A stretch of 64,000 nucleotides of DNA, from contig OMWW01000001.1 in NCBI GenBank assembly GCA_900314865.1, forward strand, positions 1,457 through 65,456. Direction: 5' to 3'. Below, one piece after another: positions 9,573-19,974 of the stretch (position 1 is its first letter; every line of letters starts with the position of its first letter). Below the pieces are notes generated by a model. That model did not search any database, was not told the DNA's origin, and worked only from the letters and a program-made list of their open reading frames with translations. Source of the DNA: an uncultured Erysipelotrichaceae bacterium (GTDB lineage Bacteria; Bacillota_I; Bacilli_A; RFN20; CAG-826). The position numbers and the translations under genes were made by a program.

Positions 9573-12107
9573 TTACTCCCCATAATTTCCAGTATTGCCG
9601 TAATAGCTTGGAGTGGTTTCATTGAAGTACACACTTCCAAGAGATTTGATGGAGACGTCAGAAATGGTCATTCCATCAGTGCCATTAGTAAAGAATTTAA
9701 GATAGTCACTATTTCCATACAATGGGTACACACGAGTGGTAATCGTGATCTTGCCATTCACATAAACTTCTATGAGTGAATGGTCGATGAGAATCGTGAC
9801 ATCATATTCACTTGTGTTTAATGGAGCGAAGTTAGAAGGAGTACGGATGACGTAAGAAAGTTCAGAAGAACTCAAACGATCCACAACCACACCACCATCT
9901 TTAAAGAAAATAGGAGTCTTTTCTACTTCAGCTTTGTTATATCTAACATTGAGACCAGATTCGATGTTATCTTTAATTTTTGCTTTGAATTTGATTTCTA
10001 AAGAATCGCCTCTGATATCTTTGATTAAGGAGTTCATAGCATCAACACCTAAAGGTTCACCATTATATTCAAATAAGGTTTCATCATAAGCACTAGAAAG
10101 TTCTGGGATTGCTTCACGTAAGACAGTGCATCCATCAGTGTCTAAATAAACGTTAACAGGCATCGCTAAATTGTGTGCCCAGCCAGCGTTAATGTTATGA
10201 CCAGTAGAACCAGCTTTACCTTGCGCTAAAGCGATAATTACAGTTCTACCATCTTCATATTTGGTTTTGCCGTTTGCCTTATCTTCTTCGGTTAAATAGC
10301 AGAAACCTGTTTGACCGGTGTATAAACCATCACCATAGTCAAATAAACGTGGTTCATTTCCATCATGCCAATTGCCGTAGCAATCTTTGTAGTCTTCAGG
10401 AATGAATCTACAGTTCTTTTTATCGAATTGACCAACCCAGTAAATACAGTCAACAGTGAATCCATCAACTGTGTATTGTGGACAGTCAAATAATATCCAT
10501 CTTTTAATGCTTCCATCTTTTGAGGAAATTGGGAACATAACTACACATTCCCAGTGCGCACCTTGAATAGGGTAACGGTCAAATGGGCATTCATATAAGT
10601 AGCCATGATGCACCCAATCTCTCATATTTGGAGAAGTGTAAATATTTGCGGATCCACCTCTACAAGGAATAGAAGTAGACACCATCATGTAATAAAGTCC
10701 ATCGTCATACCAAACGAAAGGATCTCTGAATTGTTCTCTTTCACCCATGGAATCATCCGCTGGTTGAGTGAGAACGACTTTATCTTCAACAACCCAATCA
10801 GTTAAATATGGGTCATCAGGGTCAACACAGTGCGCATAGGCAATATTTTGTCCAGTCCAAGTTGATTGGTTGGTGCCGGCAGTAATAGCAAGCCAAGGGG
10901 TGCCATCTGGACCAATGACTGATCCACCAGTCCAAACACCTTCAGGACAAATACCTGCAGTTGGAACGACAGCGTCTTTAACACCAACCCAGTGAATCAT
11001 ATCAGTGGACACCCAATGGGCCCATCTAATTTGAGACCAATATGGTCCAATTGGATTATGTTGATAGAAGAGGTGATACATACCCTTGTAATAAATAGGC
11101 GCGTGAGGTTCGTTCATCCACACAGCGCTAGGAATACCGTGAAAAATTGGACGATATCTATCACCTTCATATTGAGCGCGATCTTCTTTAACATCGTCAA
11201 AGTCAAGTTCAGGATGCGCACCACCAAAGCGGCAACCTAAGCGATATTCGTTTTGAACATCTTTTGGAGTTAAGACATCGCGATACATTTTGAAATTATC
11301 GATTAATCCAGCAGGAAGTTGACGTTCACAGCTAAATTCAATCATTGGGGAGCAATATGCTCCAAAGAGTAAATCTTCACCAGTGGAAATAATTGAGGTA
11401 TTCATGAGTTTTTCAGAATAATCTCCATATACGGTAACACCGTTATAGAATAAGCCAATATAACCAGCTTCTCCGTCGTAAGTAACGGCGATATGATTCC
11501 ATTGATATAACTCTAAATTGTTGATTGGGTCATAATAACCAACCATGTAGTCTTCACCAGTGACGCTATTAGAAAGGCACATTTGAAGACCCCATTTTCC
11601 TAACCTTCCATAACCAAAGACAAAGCCTTCACCATCTTCGATGTGGCCTTTGTTTAAAATGGAAGTAAGTCTTGTATGACCTCTAGCGATGCCATTCCAA
11701 TCATAGTCAAAGACATTCTCAAAACCACGAGGAGCAATCCAACAAGAAATTGAGAGTTTATTTTTAGGTTCTCTAACGTTTTTAAATCTCATACGTGTAG
11801 AGTGACCATCTAAATATAAAGAGGTGCCACTTTCTCCAACACCAGTTTTGAATAATGGATCACTTGGAGCTTTGAAGATATTCTTCGCATTAGATTCGTT
11901 GAATAAATAGTTAACCTTTTCTTCTTCACCAGTAGCCTTGTTAATGATGTATTCCTTGTTATGAGAATCAAAACCAAAATCAATAACTGGCGTTACTTCT
12001 TTTAACTCTGGATCTTTTTTACTAGAAGATGAAGAAGGTTGAGTGTTTTCTGAGCATGAGAAAACCATGAACGGTAATAGAAATAACGTGAGTGTTTTCT
12101 TTGTCAT
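9573..12107 (-). CDS. Extracellular GH32 fructan hydrolase lipoprotein with N-terminal LamG/ConA-like domain
   Basis: Lipobox MVFSCSENT; LamG-like block (LSISCWIAP...WNHIAVTYDG); GH32 blocks WMNEPHAPIYYKGMYHLFYQHNP, RDP, EC. Confidence 0.8.
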   Translation of the reverse strand: MTKKTLTLFLLPFMVFSCSENTQPSSSSSKKDPELKEVTPVIDFGFDSHNKEYIINKATGEEEKVNYLFNESNAKNIFKAPSDPLFKTGVGESGTSLYLDGHSTRMRFKNVREPKNKLSISCWIAPRGFENVFDYDWNGIARGHTRLTSILNKGHIEDGEGFVFGYGRLGKWGLQMCLSNSVTGEDYMVGYYDPINNLELYQWNHIAVTYDGEAGYIGLFYNGVTVYGDYSEKLMNTSIISTGEDLLFGAYCSPMIEFSCERQLPAGLIDNFKMYRDVLTPKDVQNEYRLGCRFGGAHPELDFDDVKEDRAQYEGDRYRPIFHGIPSAVWMNEPHAPIYYKGMYHLFYQHNPIGPYWSQIRWAHWVSTDMIHWVGVKDAVVPTAGICPEGVWTGGSVIGPDGTPWLAITAGTNQSTWTGQNIAYAHCVDPDDPYLTDWVVEDKVVLTQPADDSMGEREQFRDPFVWYDDGLYYMMVSTSIPCRGGSANIYTSPNMRDWVHHGYLYECPFDRYPIQGAHWECVVMFPISSKDGSIKRWILFDCPQYTVDGFTVDCIYWVGQFDKKNCRFIPEDYKDCYGNWHDGNEPRLFDYGDGLYTGQTGFCYLTEEDKANGKTKYEDGRTVIIALAQGKAGSTGHNINAGWAHNLAMPVNVYLDTDGCTVLREAIPELSSAYDETLFEYNGEPLGVDAMNSLIKDIRGDSLEIKFKAKIKDNIESGLNVRYNKAEVEKTPIFFKDGGVVVDRLSSSELSYVIRTPSNFAPLNTSEYDVTILIDHSLIEVYVNGKITITTRVYPLYGNSDYLKFFTNGTDGMTISDVSIKSLGSVYFNETTPSYYGNTGNYGE

Positions 12108-13192
12108 AGTTTAAGTCCTCCTGCGCCGAAGCCTTTGACGATATATTTTTGTGCTGCGACATAAATGATGAAGATTGGAAGTGATGTTAATACGAGTGAG
12201 GCCATGATTTGACCGGTTTCAACACCCGTATGTTTCTTAATAGACATCAGGGCAGCCTGAATCGGGTATTGCGAGCTGTCTAAGACCATAATCGGCCATA
12301 GATAATCGTTCCACACACCAATAAAGCAGAACACTGCTACAGTGGCGAGAATTGGCTTACTTAATGGGAGAATAACCCTAAAGAACACGCCTAAAGTGCT
12401 CGAACCATCCATTCTTGCTGCTTCTTCAAATTCTTTTGGAATCGAAGAGAAGAATTGAATAAATAAGAAGATATTAAATATCGATATCGAGGCTGGTAGA
12501 ATTACCGCTAAGACGGAGAGACTCTTCTTTAAGCCAAGCATCGTTTTACATACTGTGTATAAAGGAATGATTGACGTCTCAACTGGGACAACAATTAAGA
12601 ACATAATGATGAAATTAAAGAATTTCTTACCTGGGAAGCGAAGTTTACTAATCGCATAGCCCGCTAAACCGTTGATGAGAATATTCAAAACAATAACAAT
12701 CGCCGCGTATATAAACGAATTAAGTGCGTATCTACCAACGTTATATTCTTCAGAGAACAAGATTTTGTAGTTATCAAATGCATGTCCGCTAGAGAAATTA
12801 GGAATAAACATCAAGATAGAACCTGCTTGATGAGCAAGCATATCGTCAGTTTTCGTGGACGCTGCAAACATGTATAAAATTGGGAAGATAAAGGTTAAGG
12901 CAAGACAAATGCCCACTAAGTAGTAAATGAATTTGCCGTATATACCTCTTGAACTCTTCTTAACTTTTGTTGCGTCATTGATTGTCTTTTTAACTTCACG
13001 TTTTTGACTATTTCTAGCGATATAATTTAAAAGTTTGATGTGATCTTCTTCTTTGTAGGTACATTCTTCAACATAACCTTTAAAAGGAACGTTAGATTCA
13101 CTAACTAACCAAGTTTCTTCATTATGTCCATTCACATTCGAACTATTAGAAGCATTCAAATAATAGAAAGAAGTCTTATGTTTGAATTCCAT
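12104..13192 (-). CDS. ABC sugar transporter permease (MalG/UgpE-like) with unusual ~80-aa N-terminal extension
   Basis: EAA-loop EEAARMDGSSTLGVFFRVILP, six TM helices; translationally coupled to the upstream permease gene. Confidence 0.8.
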   Translation of the reverse strand: MEFKHKTSFYYLNASNSSNVNGHNEETWLVSESNVPFKGYVEECTYKEEDHIKLLNYIARNSQKREVKKTINDATKVKKSSRGIYGKFIYYLVGICLALTFIFPILYMFAASTKTDDMLAHQAGSILMFIPNFSSGHAFDNYKILFSEEYNVGRYALNSFIYAAIVIVLNILINGLAGYAISKLRFPGKKFFNFIIMFLIVVPVETSIIPLYTVCKTMLGLKKSLSVLAVILPASISIFNIFLFIQFFSSIPKEFEEAARMDGSSTLGVFFRVILPLSKPILATVAVFCFIGVWNDYLWPIMVLDSSQYPIQAALMSIKKHTGVETGQIMASLVLTSLPIFIIYVAAQKYIVKGFGAGGLKL

Positions 13193-13193
13193 A

Positions 13194-14183
13194 TTAATTC
13201 TTTGAACCTCCTAAAAGTTTTCTTTGAATGAAAGTGATCGTACCAATGATGAGAGTCATAAGTAATGCAATCGCAGAAGAATAGCCGATTAAGCCATACT
13301 CTTTACCTTCGATATACATGTAATAACTAATGGTAATCGCGTTGTCTTGTGGACCAACCATGATCCAAGGTTGAATTATGATTCGACAAGCACCAACGAA
13401 AACAGTAATCAAAACATAAATCATCGTTGGTTTTAATCCTGGAAGAGTGACTCTAAAGAATCTTTGAATCGCGTTACAACCATCCATTCTAGCAGCCTCA
13501 TATAAATCTTTTCTAATTCCACTTAAGGCGGAGATGAAGATTAACATCTGGAAGCCACAACCTTGCCATGCAGAAACAATAACAATGGAGACCATGGTGA
13601 CACCTTGATCACGTAAATATTCTTTAGGTGCGATTCCAAATAAACCAAGTAAGGAGTTCACCATACCGGTGGAGCTAGAATCAAGAAGGTATAACCATAA
13701 GTAAGCAGTAACGGATAAAGAAACCGCGACCGGAACGAAGAAACATACTTTAAAGAATGTCCTTCCTTTGAGTTTAACGCTACAGAAGAGGGCTAAACCA
13801 AGGGCTAAACCGATTTGAATTGGAACAACAAGGACCACAAACAAAGCGGTATTCTTCACTGCATACATCAAAGGACTCTTGCCCTTAGAGAGTTCTTTGA
13901 ACACGTCTTCAAATTGCTTAAAACCAACAAAGTTAAATCCTTTATCTAACTTAAGTAAATAGGCATCAGTAAAGGCGTAACCTAAGGAGAATAAGATTGG
14001 TAAAAGAATAAAGAAGAACGCTAGTATGACAGCAGGCAAAAGAAATAGGAACGCAGTGATAGTTTTTCTAACGTGATATTTTTGGTTATGTTTTCTAGCT
14101 TTAAGGACATCGAAAAGAACCACTAATGCAAAAATTAGGAAGAACGCTCCGAAAAATATGTACGCCGCTATTTCAAGAATCAT
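13194..14183 (-). CDS. ABC sugar transporter permease (MalF/UgpA-like)
   Basis: EAA-loop YEAARMDGCNAIQRFFRVTLP; polytopic membrane protein. Confidence 0.8.
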   Translation of the reverse strand: MILEIAAYIFFGAFFLIFALVVLFDVLKARKHNQKYHVRKTITAFLFLLPAVILAFFFILLPILFSLGYAFTDAYLLKLDKGFNFVGFKQFEDVFKELSKGKSPLMYAVKNTALFVVLVVPIQIGLALGLALFCSVKLKGRTFFKVCFFVPVAVSLSVTAYLWLYLLDSSSTGMVNSLLGLFGIAPKEYLRDQGVTMVSIVIVSAWQGCGFQMLIFISALSGIRKDLYEAARMDGCNAIQRFFRVTLPGLKPTMIYVLITVFVGACRIIIQPWIMVGPQDNAITISYYMYIEGKEYGLIGYSSAIALLMTLIIGTITFIQRKLLGGSKN

Positions 14184-14190
14184 AAATCAA

Positions 14191-15501
14191 TTAATGTGGG
14201 AGTCTATCTAACTCGCCTTGTAATTCCTCAGCAACTTCATCAACTACAGAAGAAACACTCATAGAAGCGATTTTGTAAATAACTTTATTAAATGCTTTGG
14301 AGAATGCAGGATAACCAACAGTGGCTGGTCTTTCTTTACCAGTCTTGGCTAATTGTTCATATAAAAGTCTTTCTGGAGAACCTTCTTCAAAACTTGGGTT
14401 GCAAGATCTTCTGGCAGGAATCATACCAGTTGCCGCGGTAATCGCATTAGATGATTCAGCACTGGCTAAGAATTTAAGTAATTCATAAGTGGCACTCTTA
14501 TCACCAACGCCATTATCGGTAACACCATATGACCAGCTACCAGTTGCGCTAGCAGCAATCAAATCTTTTGGATATGGAAGAAGTCCCCAAGAATCACGAT
14601 TTGGGAAAACGGTTGCATATTTCTTCATTTCTGGAATTGTCCAACCACTTGAAAGAAGCATTGGAATGTTGCCATTGTAGAAGTCTTCAGTTTTGACGTT
14701 ATAATCACTATAACCAGCGTCAATTAAATCTTTGAGGAATTGGAATCCTTTCTTTGAAGCGGAAGAATTGAAATATCCACTTGCAGTCCATCCATCATCA
14801 GAAAGGAATTTTCCACCCGTCGCGTGGATGAATGAATAAAGAAGATATGGACCCATTTCATCAGTGGTTTCATTTAAGTTCATATAGGCAACTTTCTTGT
14901 TTTTGTCGCCGCCTTGTAATCTAGAACAGACATCTTTAAATTGTTCAAATGTCCATGGGTTATCAACGGTGTACATGCCGACATCAATACCAGCGTCTCT
15001 AAACAAATTCTTGTTATAGAAAATACCAGCACTACTTTCTTGAATTGGAAGTCCATACACTTTTCCACCGTATGTATTTAATGAAAGGAAATCTTTCTTT
15101 TCATCCGCAGATAAAACGTTAGAGATATCGACAAGAATCTCATTATGCGCATAGGAAGCACATCTAGGTGCATCAAAAGTAATGATGTCTGGTAAATCGC
15201 CATCGATTTTCTTAGCGATTAATTCACTTTCGTAGTCGGCAGCACTTGCAGCGTCTCTAGCGATATATTTTGCAGAAGCAACAATTTTCTTTTCGGCGTA
15301 AGCGTTATTGAAGGCATCGATTCTTTTCTTATAGGCTTTGCCTTCATCACTTTTACTATCAACGTGGAACCAAATCTTGACGATTGTGTTACCTTGTTCA
15401 TCTTTTTCTGGTTCAGTAGTGCCGCCGTCTCCGCCTCCACCACCACAAGATGCTAATGCCATCGCGGCTAATAATGGGAATAATAGGAATTTTCTTTTCA
15501 T
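14191..15501 (-). CDS. ABC sugar-binding lipoprotein (family 1 SBP)
   Basis: Lipobox LASCGGGGG, size and composition of oligosaccharide-binding proteins, position in operon. Confidence 0.75.
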   Translation of the reverse strand: MKRKFLLFPLLAAMALASCGGGGGDGGTTEPEKDEQGNTIVKIWFHVDSKSDEGKAYKKRIDAFNNAYAEKKIVASAKYIARDAASAADYESELIAKKIDGDLPDIITFDAPRCASYAHNEILVDISNVLSADEKKDFLSLNTYGGKVYGLPIQESSAGIFYNKNLFRDAGIDVGMYTVDNPWTFEQFKDVCSRLQGGDKNKKVAYMNLNETTDEMGPYLLYSFIHATGGKFLSDDGWTASGYFNSSASKKGFQFLKDLIDAGYSDYNVKTEDFYNGNIPMLLSSGWTIPEMKKYATVFPNRDSWGLLPYPKDLIAASATGSWSYGVTDNGVGDKSATYELLKFLASAESSNAITAATGMIPARRSCNPSFEEGSPERLLYEQLAKTGKERPATVGYPAFSKAFNKVIYKIASMSVSSVVDEVAEELQGELDRLPH

Positions 15502-15515
15502 AACTTTTTTTCTCC

Positions 15516-16496
15516 TTATTTTGTTGTATTTCCTTTTATAAATGTTGAGGTATAAATGTTTCTAATTTGTGTCTCTTTTCCGTTAATCACGTCAATTAAG
15601 AGATTGAACGCTCCTTCGGCCATTTCTTTAATTGGCTGTTGGATTGACGATATTGTTATTTCGTGATCATCCCAGAGTTTTGGCTCACCATCATATCCGA
15701 TGAGTTGAACATCTTCTGGGAAACGAATACCTTTCTTTTTAAGTTTTTGATAGACGATTTGTGCGGTTGTCATACCTGAGGCAAACACTGCGTCAAGATC
15801 TGGATAGGATGAGAGGAACTTGTCCACCATCTTCTCTTCATCACCATGTTCCACCACTTCGTTAGTGATATAACTTTTTAGGTGATGACCACTGACCACA
15901 TCTTGGTAAGCTTTTTCTCTAAATGAGACCTCACTATCAACAAATGGTTTGGTGCCGATATATCCAATTTTCTTCGCGCCCGTGGAAACGAGATATTCCA
16001 CAGCTTTTTTACTCGCGTCGTAGTTATCGCTGCTCACATACGGAACTGAATGATTGAGGTGACGGTCAACACTCACAAGAGGAAGACCATGTATTTCTTC
16101 ATCTTCATGCTCGTAGTGGGTAACGAATATCGCCCCATCGACTTCTTTTTGGCGAATCTTTCTTAAGATTTCTTTCTCTTTGTCGACATTCATTCTCGAT
16201 ACAACAAGTAATGTTGAATATCCTTTCGTAGAAGCGATGTTATTCACATGTTCCACGAATTCTGCGAAGAATGGGTGATTGATAATTGGAACGAGAATCG
16301 CAATTACTTTGTTATGTTTTTTTCTTAATCTTGCTCCGTTAACATTCGGAGAGAAGTTGAGTTCTTCAATGACTTTAAGAATCGTCTTTCTGGTTGATTC
16401 TTTGACGTATTTGTCTCCCGAGATAACTCTACTGACAGTTCCAACTCCAAATCCACTTTTTTTAGCGACATCAAGAATTGTCACTTTATCGCTCAT
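15516..16496 (-). CDS. LacI-family transcriptional regulator
   Basis: N-terminal HTH TILDVAKKSGFGVGTVSRVISG followed by a periplasmic-binding-protein-like sugar-binding domain. Confidence 0.85.
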   Translation of the reverse strand: MSDKVTILDVAKKSGFGVGTVSRVISGDKYVKESTRKTILKVIEELNFSPNVNGARLRKKHNKVIAILVPIINHPFFAEFVEHVNNIASTKGYSTLLVVSRMNVDKEKEILRKIRQKEVDGAIFVTHYEHEDEEIHGLPLVSVDRHLNHSVPYVSSDNYDASKKAVEYLVSTGAKKIGYIGTKPFVDSEVSFREKAYQDVVSGHHLKSYITNEVVEHGDEEKMVDKFLSSYPDLDAVFASGMTTAQIVYQKLKKKGIRFPEDVQLIGYDGEPKLWDDHEITISSIQQPIKEMAEGAFNLLIDVINGKETQIRNIYTSTFIKGNTTK

Positions 16497-19400
16497 TTTT
16501 CTTTCCTTTCTTACTGACTAACAATAATGAGACACCTGCTATTGATAAAACTGAAAGAATGACGCTTGTAGTCATAACAGATCCACCACAACCACTACTG
16601 GTGGTAGTTTCACCTGTTGTGACGGTTTCAGTCTTGTTTTCTAATACTTTGACGTTAAGAGTGTATTCATCATTGATAACGACTTTGTTGTTACCAACTT
16701 TGAAAGCGTTACTATAGATAGTTAAGGTGTAATCTTTAACAACATAGGTGACTTCTTTCGCGTTAACGGAGACAGAAGTGACTTCTAACTTACCAACATA
16801 TAGGTTGAAATTGAGTCCTTCATTAATCTCTTCATCAAAGAAGACGGGGTCAAAAACGACGTCGTTAACTTGGACCTTAACAGTGAAGGAAGATAATTCT
16901 CCTTCGATATAGAATTCGTACAATGTATGCTCATCTAAGAGTTCGAAATAGGATTCTGAAATGATGATTCTATTTCCTTCAACTTTATAGAAGCTCTTAG
17001 AGATTAATTCATTGTTTTTATTGATGTTATAAACACCATAGATGTATTGTTCAACGTTACCGATAATCACTAAATCATCGTTATCGTATACATATTCTTC
17101 TTTAAGCATATTCACGTGTGTGAAAGTGACTTTACCAGAGAAGACATTTAAACCAAGATATCCACTTAATGGATCATTTTCTCCGATAGTCACATTAATC
17201 ACGTTGTTGCCATTAACAGAAAGAGAGATGTTTCTTCCTGTTGCTTTCGCTAATAAGACAACATTTGCTGGATTATCAACATAAGCTTCAGCGGTAGCAA
17301 TCATTCCACGAGGTGTCCACATTTTGCAGACATGTTCGTTTTTGTCGTAGTTCACCATGATGTAATCACTTAAATCACTACTAGCGCGTAATAATAGACC
17401 CGCTGCAGTAGCGCTAGTTAAATCAAAGGACGCTGAATAAGTGAAATCCCATCCTTCAACATCAGAGAGGATATATCCATCTCCATTAGGCTTATTACCC
17501 ACTAAACCTTTAGAGGTTGTTAACCATGTACCGGAGACAATATTTTCTTTCTTTAAAGTGAAGAAACAATCAACATTCGCATTATCAACAGTGACTTTGA
17601 CATCTTTTTCTTCGTTAGCGGTGGAAACCTTAATAAAGGCCACACCATTTCTTAAAGCATCAACTTTAGCGCCTTTGTTGGTTTTAGTAACCGAAACAAC
17701 ATCAGCACCACTAGTGATTTCGTAAGAAATATCTTCTCCATTAGATGAGAAGGCCATAAACTCTTCAGAACTATGAAGATTTAGGTCTAAAGCAATGTCG
17801 GTTTTATCAACATATAACTTACCTTCTTCAAGTTCGTCATACCAAATTGAAGAAATTGAATTAACAGTTAATGATTCAAATGTCACGTTTCCAGAGGCGG
17901 AGAATTCTGCGCCAATGGAAACTGGAGAAGGAAGGATTAAGTTATAGAAGTTATAACGAAAATCGCCGCAGAAAAGCTCTAAACCACCATTATCACAAAG
18001 GACGTAGAATGTTTTCCTTTTTGTTTCTAATGTTGGTCCAGTAGTAAATCTACCGTGGTAATGAAGTTTGAAATCAATACCAGCATCACTAGTATGAGCG
18101 CGGTCGATGAAATAACCTTCTTCTTTATTCCAACCAAATAGAGTGTATTCGTCATCGCTCATTGCAACTTTAAATTCCAAACTCTCTTCATTTGGATTAT
18201 CAATTGTAGCGTCTAGTTCAAAGATGTGAGTATTCACTGCGTCTAAGACATTTTCACTACCATCATATGTAATATCAGCTTTGCTGATGATATTTTCTTT
18301 TTCAAAATGAGTGTTACTAATGGTGATTGGTTTTTGAGTCAAAAGATATTGACCATCAACTTTATCAATACCGAGTTCCACAGGAATAGTCATACCTCCA
18401 CCATTCCATGGATCTCTAACATTTTGATAAATACCACTTTCAGCGTCGCTAGGAAGTCCAGAGAACCAGCTAACAGAAACACTCTTGCCGTAATATTCAC
18501 TTGTTTCATCATCGATATAGAAACATTGAGCAGCGTAGCTATCTTCACCATATTCCATTTTTACAAAATCAGATTGAGACACTAATTGTCCATCTGGTCT
18601 ATGGAAGGTGATGTTGTTACCGTCATAGGCAAAATCACCAATCGTGTAATGTCTAGAAGATACAGACATCACATAATGAGATTCTTCAGTACCACTTACT
18701 GGTAATTCTTTAACAGTGACACATTCTGGATAGATATAATCAAATCCACCCGCTAAATCCCAATGGAACATATCACTAGATTTTAAGAACCAAATCTTGT
18801 TATAGGTACCTCCTGAAAGGACCATGCCCCACTTAGTGACTTTGTCACCATCTTTTTGTAGTGGGAAAATGGATGGATCACGGCAATCCACTCTTCCACC
18901 AGGAACGATGATATATTGAGAGACAACGATGTCTCTTTTAATCCAAGTTAAACCTTCATCGGTACTTGTAATTAATAATTGATCTTGAGCATAGCTACTA
19001 TCACGAGTGAAATAACCGATTAAACCTTCACCAGTTGGGAACCAATCAGTGTTATCGATATAATCACTCATTCCTTGATGGTACACCATTGCGATACCAC
19101 TCCAGGCATAACCAACACCTAAACCCTTACCCATATTGCCATCATCTGGGAATAGAGCGATTGGGAGTTCTTGCCAGTGGACTAAGTCTTTACTTCTTGC
19201 GTGTCCCCAATACATATCACTCCAAGTCTTGGAGAATGGATGGGTTTGGAAGAACATATGGTAATAACCGTTATAGTAAACAAGTCCATTTGGGTCATTG
19301 TTCCAATGTGAGAACTGGGAAAAATGATATTGGTTACGATATAATTCGGAATAGTAAGAATAATCACTCTTACCATAGGTAATATCGCTAAATCTGACTT

Positions 19401-19974
19401 TTCCGTTAAAGACGTTAAAGCCAATATATCCACCTTCATAGTTATAATCACTAGATAAGGTGTTTAAATCGATTTCAGTATCAACACCAAAACGTTTGAT
19501 GTTGTCGACAAAAAATTCGACAAATGTCTTTTCTTCTTCCACAGTGACCACTAATTTTAAGTGGAAACGTGGGCTATCTTTAAGTTTTGAATTGATAACA
19601 TTAAATTCACTTTGAGTGGTCTTATCGTTACCAATGAAATAATCAGTGTAGTATTCTTTGGCTTTGATGCTGTCATTTTCGTTATAAAAATAAAGAAGTT
19701 TGGTTTTGTTTTCGATTCTATCAATGTTAAACGCCCAATAATGGTCGTTTTCACTTCCACCAATAACTAAAGCAGCAGCTTGACCATATTCAAAGTTTGC
19801 AACAGCAGTGTAAACAAAGCTTTCACTACTTTCATAGGAGACGTCGCTTAAATAGAAACCATCACCTTCGTTTTCCATAGTCACATCAGTGCCAGCAGTT
19901 TTAGTTACTGGTTTAGCTGGACTAGCGGCGAGAGATAACGCTAATAAAGGTAAAAGAAGATATTTGGCTAACAT
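16486..19974 (-). CDS. Large cell-surface GH32 fructanase (levanase/inulinase-like) with multiple beta-sandwich/Ig-like domains and C-terminal TM anchor
   Basis: Signal peptide; WNNDPNGLVYYNGYYHMFFQTHPF, RDP and EC blocks; 1162 aa; C-terminal hydrophobic helix followed by KKGKKNER. Confidence 0.8.
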   Translation of the reverse strand: MLAKYLLLPLLALSLAASPAKPVTKTAGTDVTMENEGDGFYLSDVSYESSESFVYTAVANFEYGQAAALVIGGSENDHYWAFNIDRIENKTKLLYFYNENDSIKAKEYYTDYFIGNDKTTQSEFNVINSKLKDSPRFHLKLVVTVEEEKTFVEFFVDNIKRFGVDTEIDLNTLSSDYNYEGGYIGFNVFNGKVRFSDITYGKSDYSYYSELYRNQYHFSQFSHWNNDPNGLVYYNGYYHMFFQTHPFSKTWSDMYWGHARSKDLVHWQELPIALFPDDGNMGKGLGVGYAWSGIAMVYHQGMSDYIDNTDWFPTGEGLIGYFTRDSSYAQDQLLITSTDEGLTWIKRDIVVSQYIIVPGGRVDCRDPSIFPLQKDGDKVTKWGMVLSGGTYNKIWFLKSSDMFHWDLAGGFDYIYPECVTVKELPVSGTEESHYVMSVSSRHYTIGDFAYDGNNITFHRPDGQLVSQSDFVKMEYGEDSYAAQCFYIDDETSEYYGKSVSVSWFSGLPSDAESGIYQNVRDPWNGGGMTIPVELGIDKVDGQYLLTQKPITISNTHFEKENIISKADITYDGSENVLDAVNTHIFELDATIDNPNEESLEFKVAMSDDEYTLFGWNKEEGYFIDRAHTSDAGIDFKLHYHGRFTTGPTLETKRKTFYVLCDNGGLELFCGDFRYNFYNLILPSPVSIGAEFSASGNVTFESLTVNSISSIWYDELEEGKLYVDKTDIALDLNLHSSEEFMAFSSNGEDISYEITSGADVVSVTKTNKGAKVDALRNGVAFIKVSTANEEKDVKVTVDNANVDCFFTLKKENIVSGTWLTTSKGLVGNKPNGDGYILSDVEGWDFTYSASFDLTSATAAGLLLRASSDLSDYIMVNYDKNEHVCKMWTPRGMIATAEAYVDNPANVVLLAKATGRNISLSVNGNNVINVTIGENDPLSGYLGLNVFSGKVTFTHVNMLKEEYVYDNDDLVIIGNVEQYIYGVYNINKNNELISKSFYKVEGNRIIISESYFELLDEHTLYEFYIEGELSSFTVKVQVNDVVFDPVFFDEEINEGLNFNLYVGKLEVTSVSVNAKEVTYVVKDYTLTIYSNAFKVGNNKVVINDEYTLNVKVLENKTETVTTGETTTSSGCGGSVMTTSVILSVLSIAGVSLLLVSKKGKKNER

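Noticed and set aside
12104-13192. Shorter start for the MalG-like permease to remove the ~80-aa N-terminal extension
   Set aside because: No in-frame ATG, GTG or TTG with an RBS at the expected position before the first TM helix. The upstream start is translationally coupled (1-nt gap) to the preceding permease, so the extension is kept but flagged.
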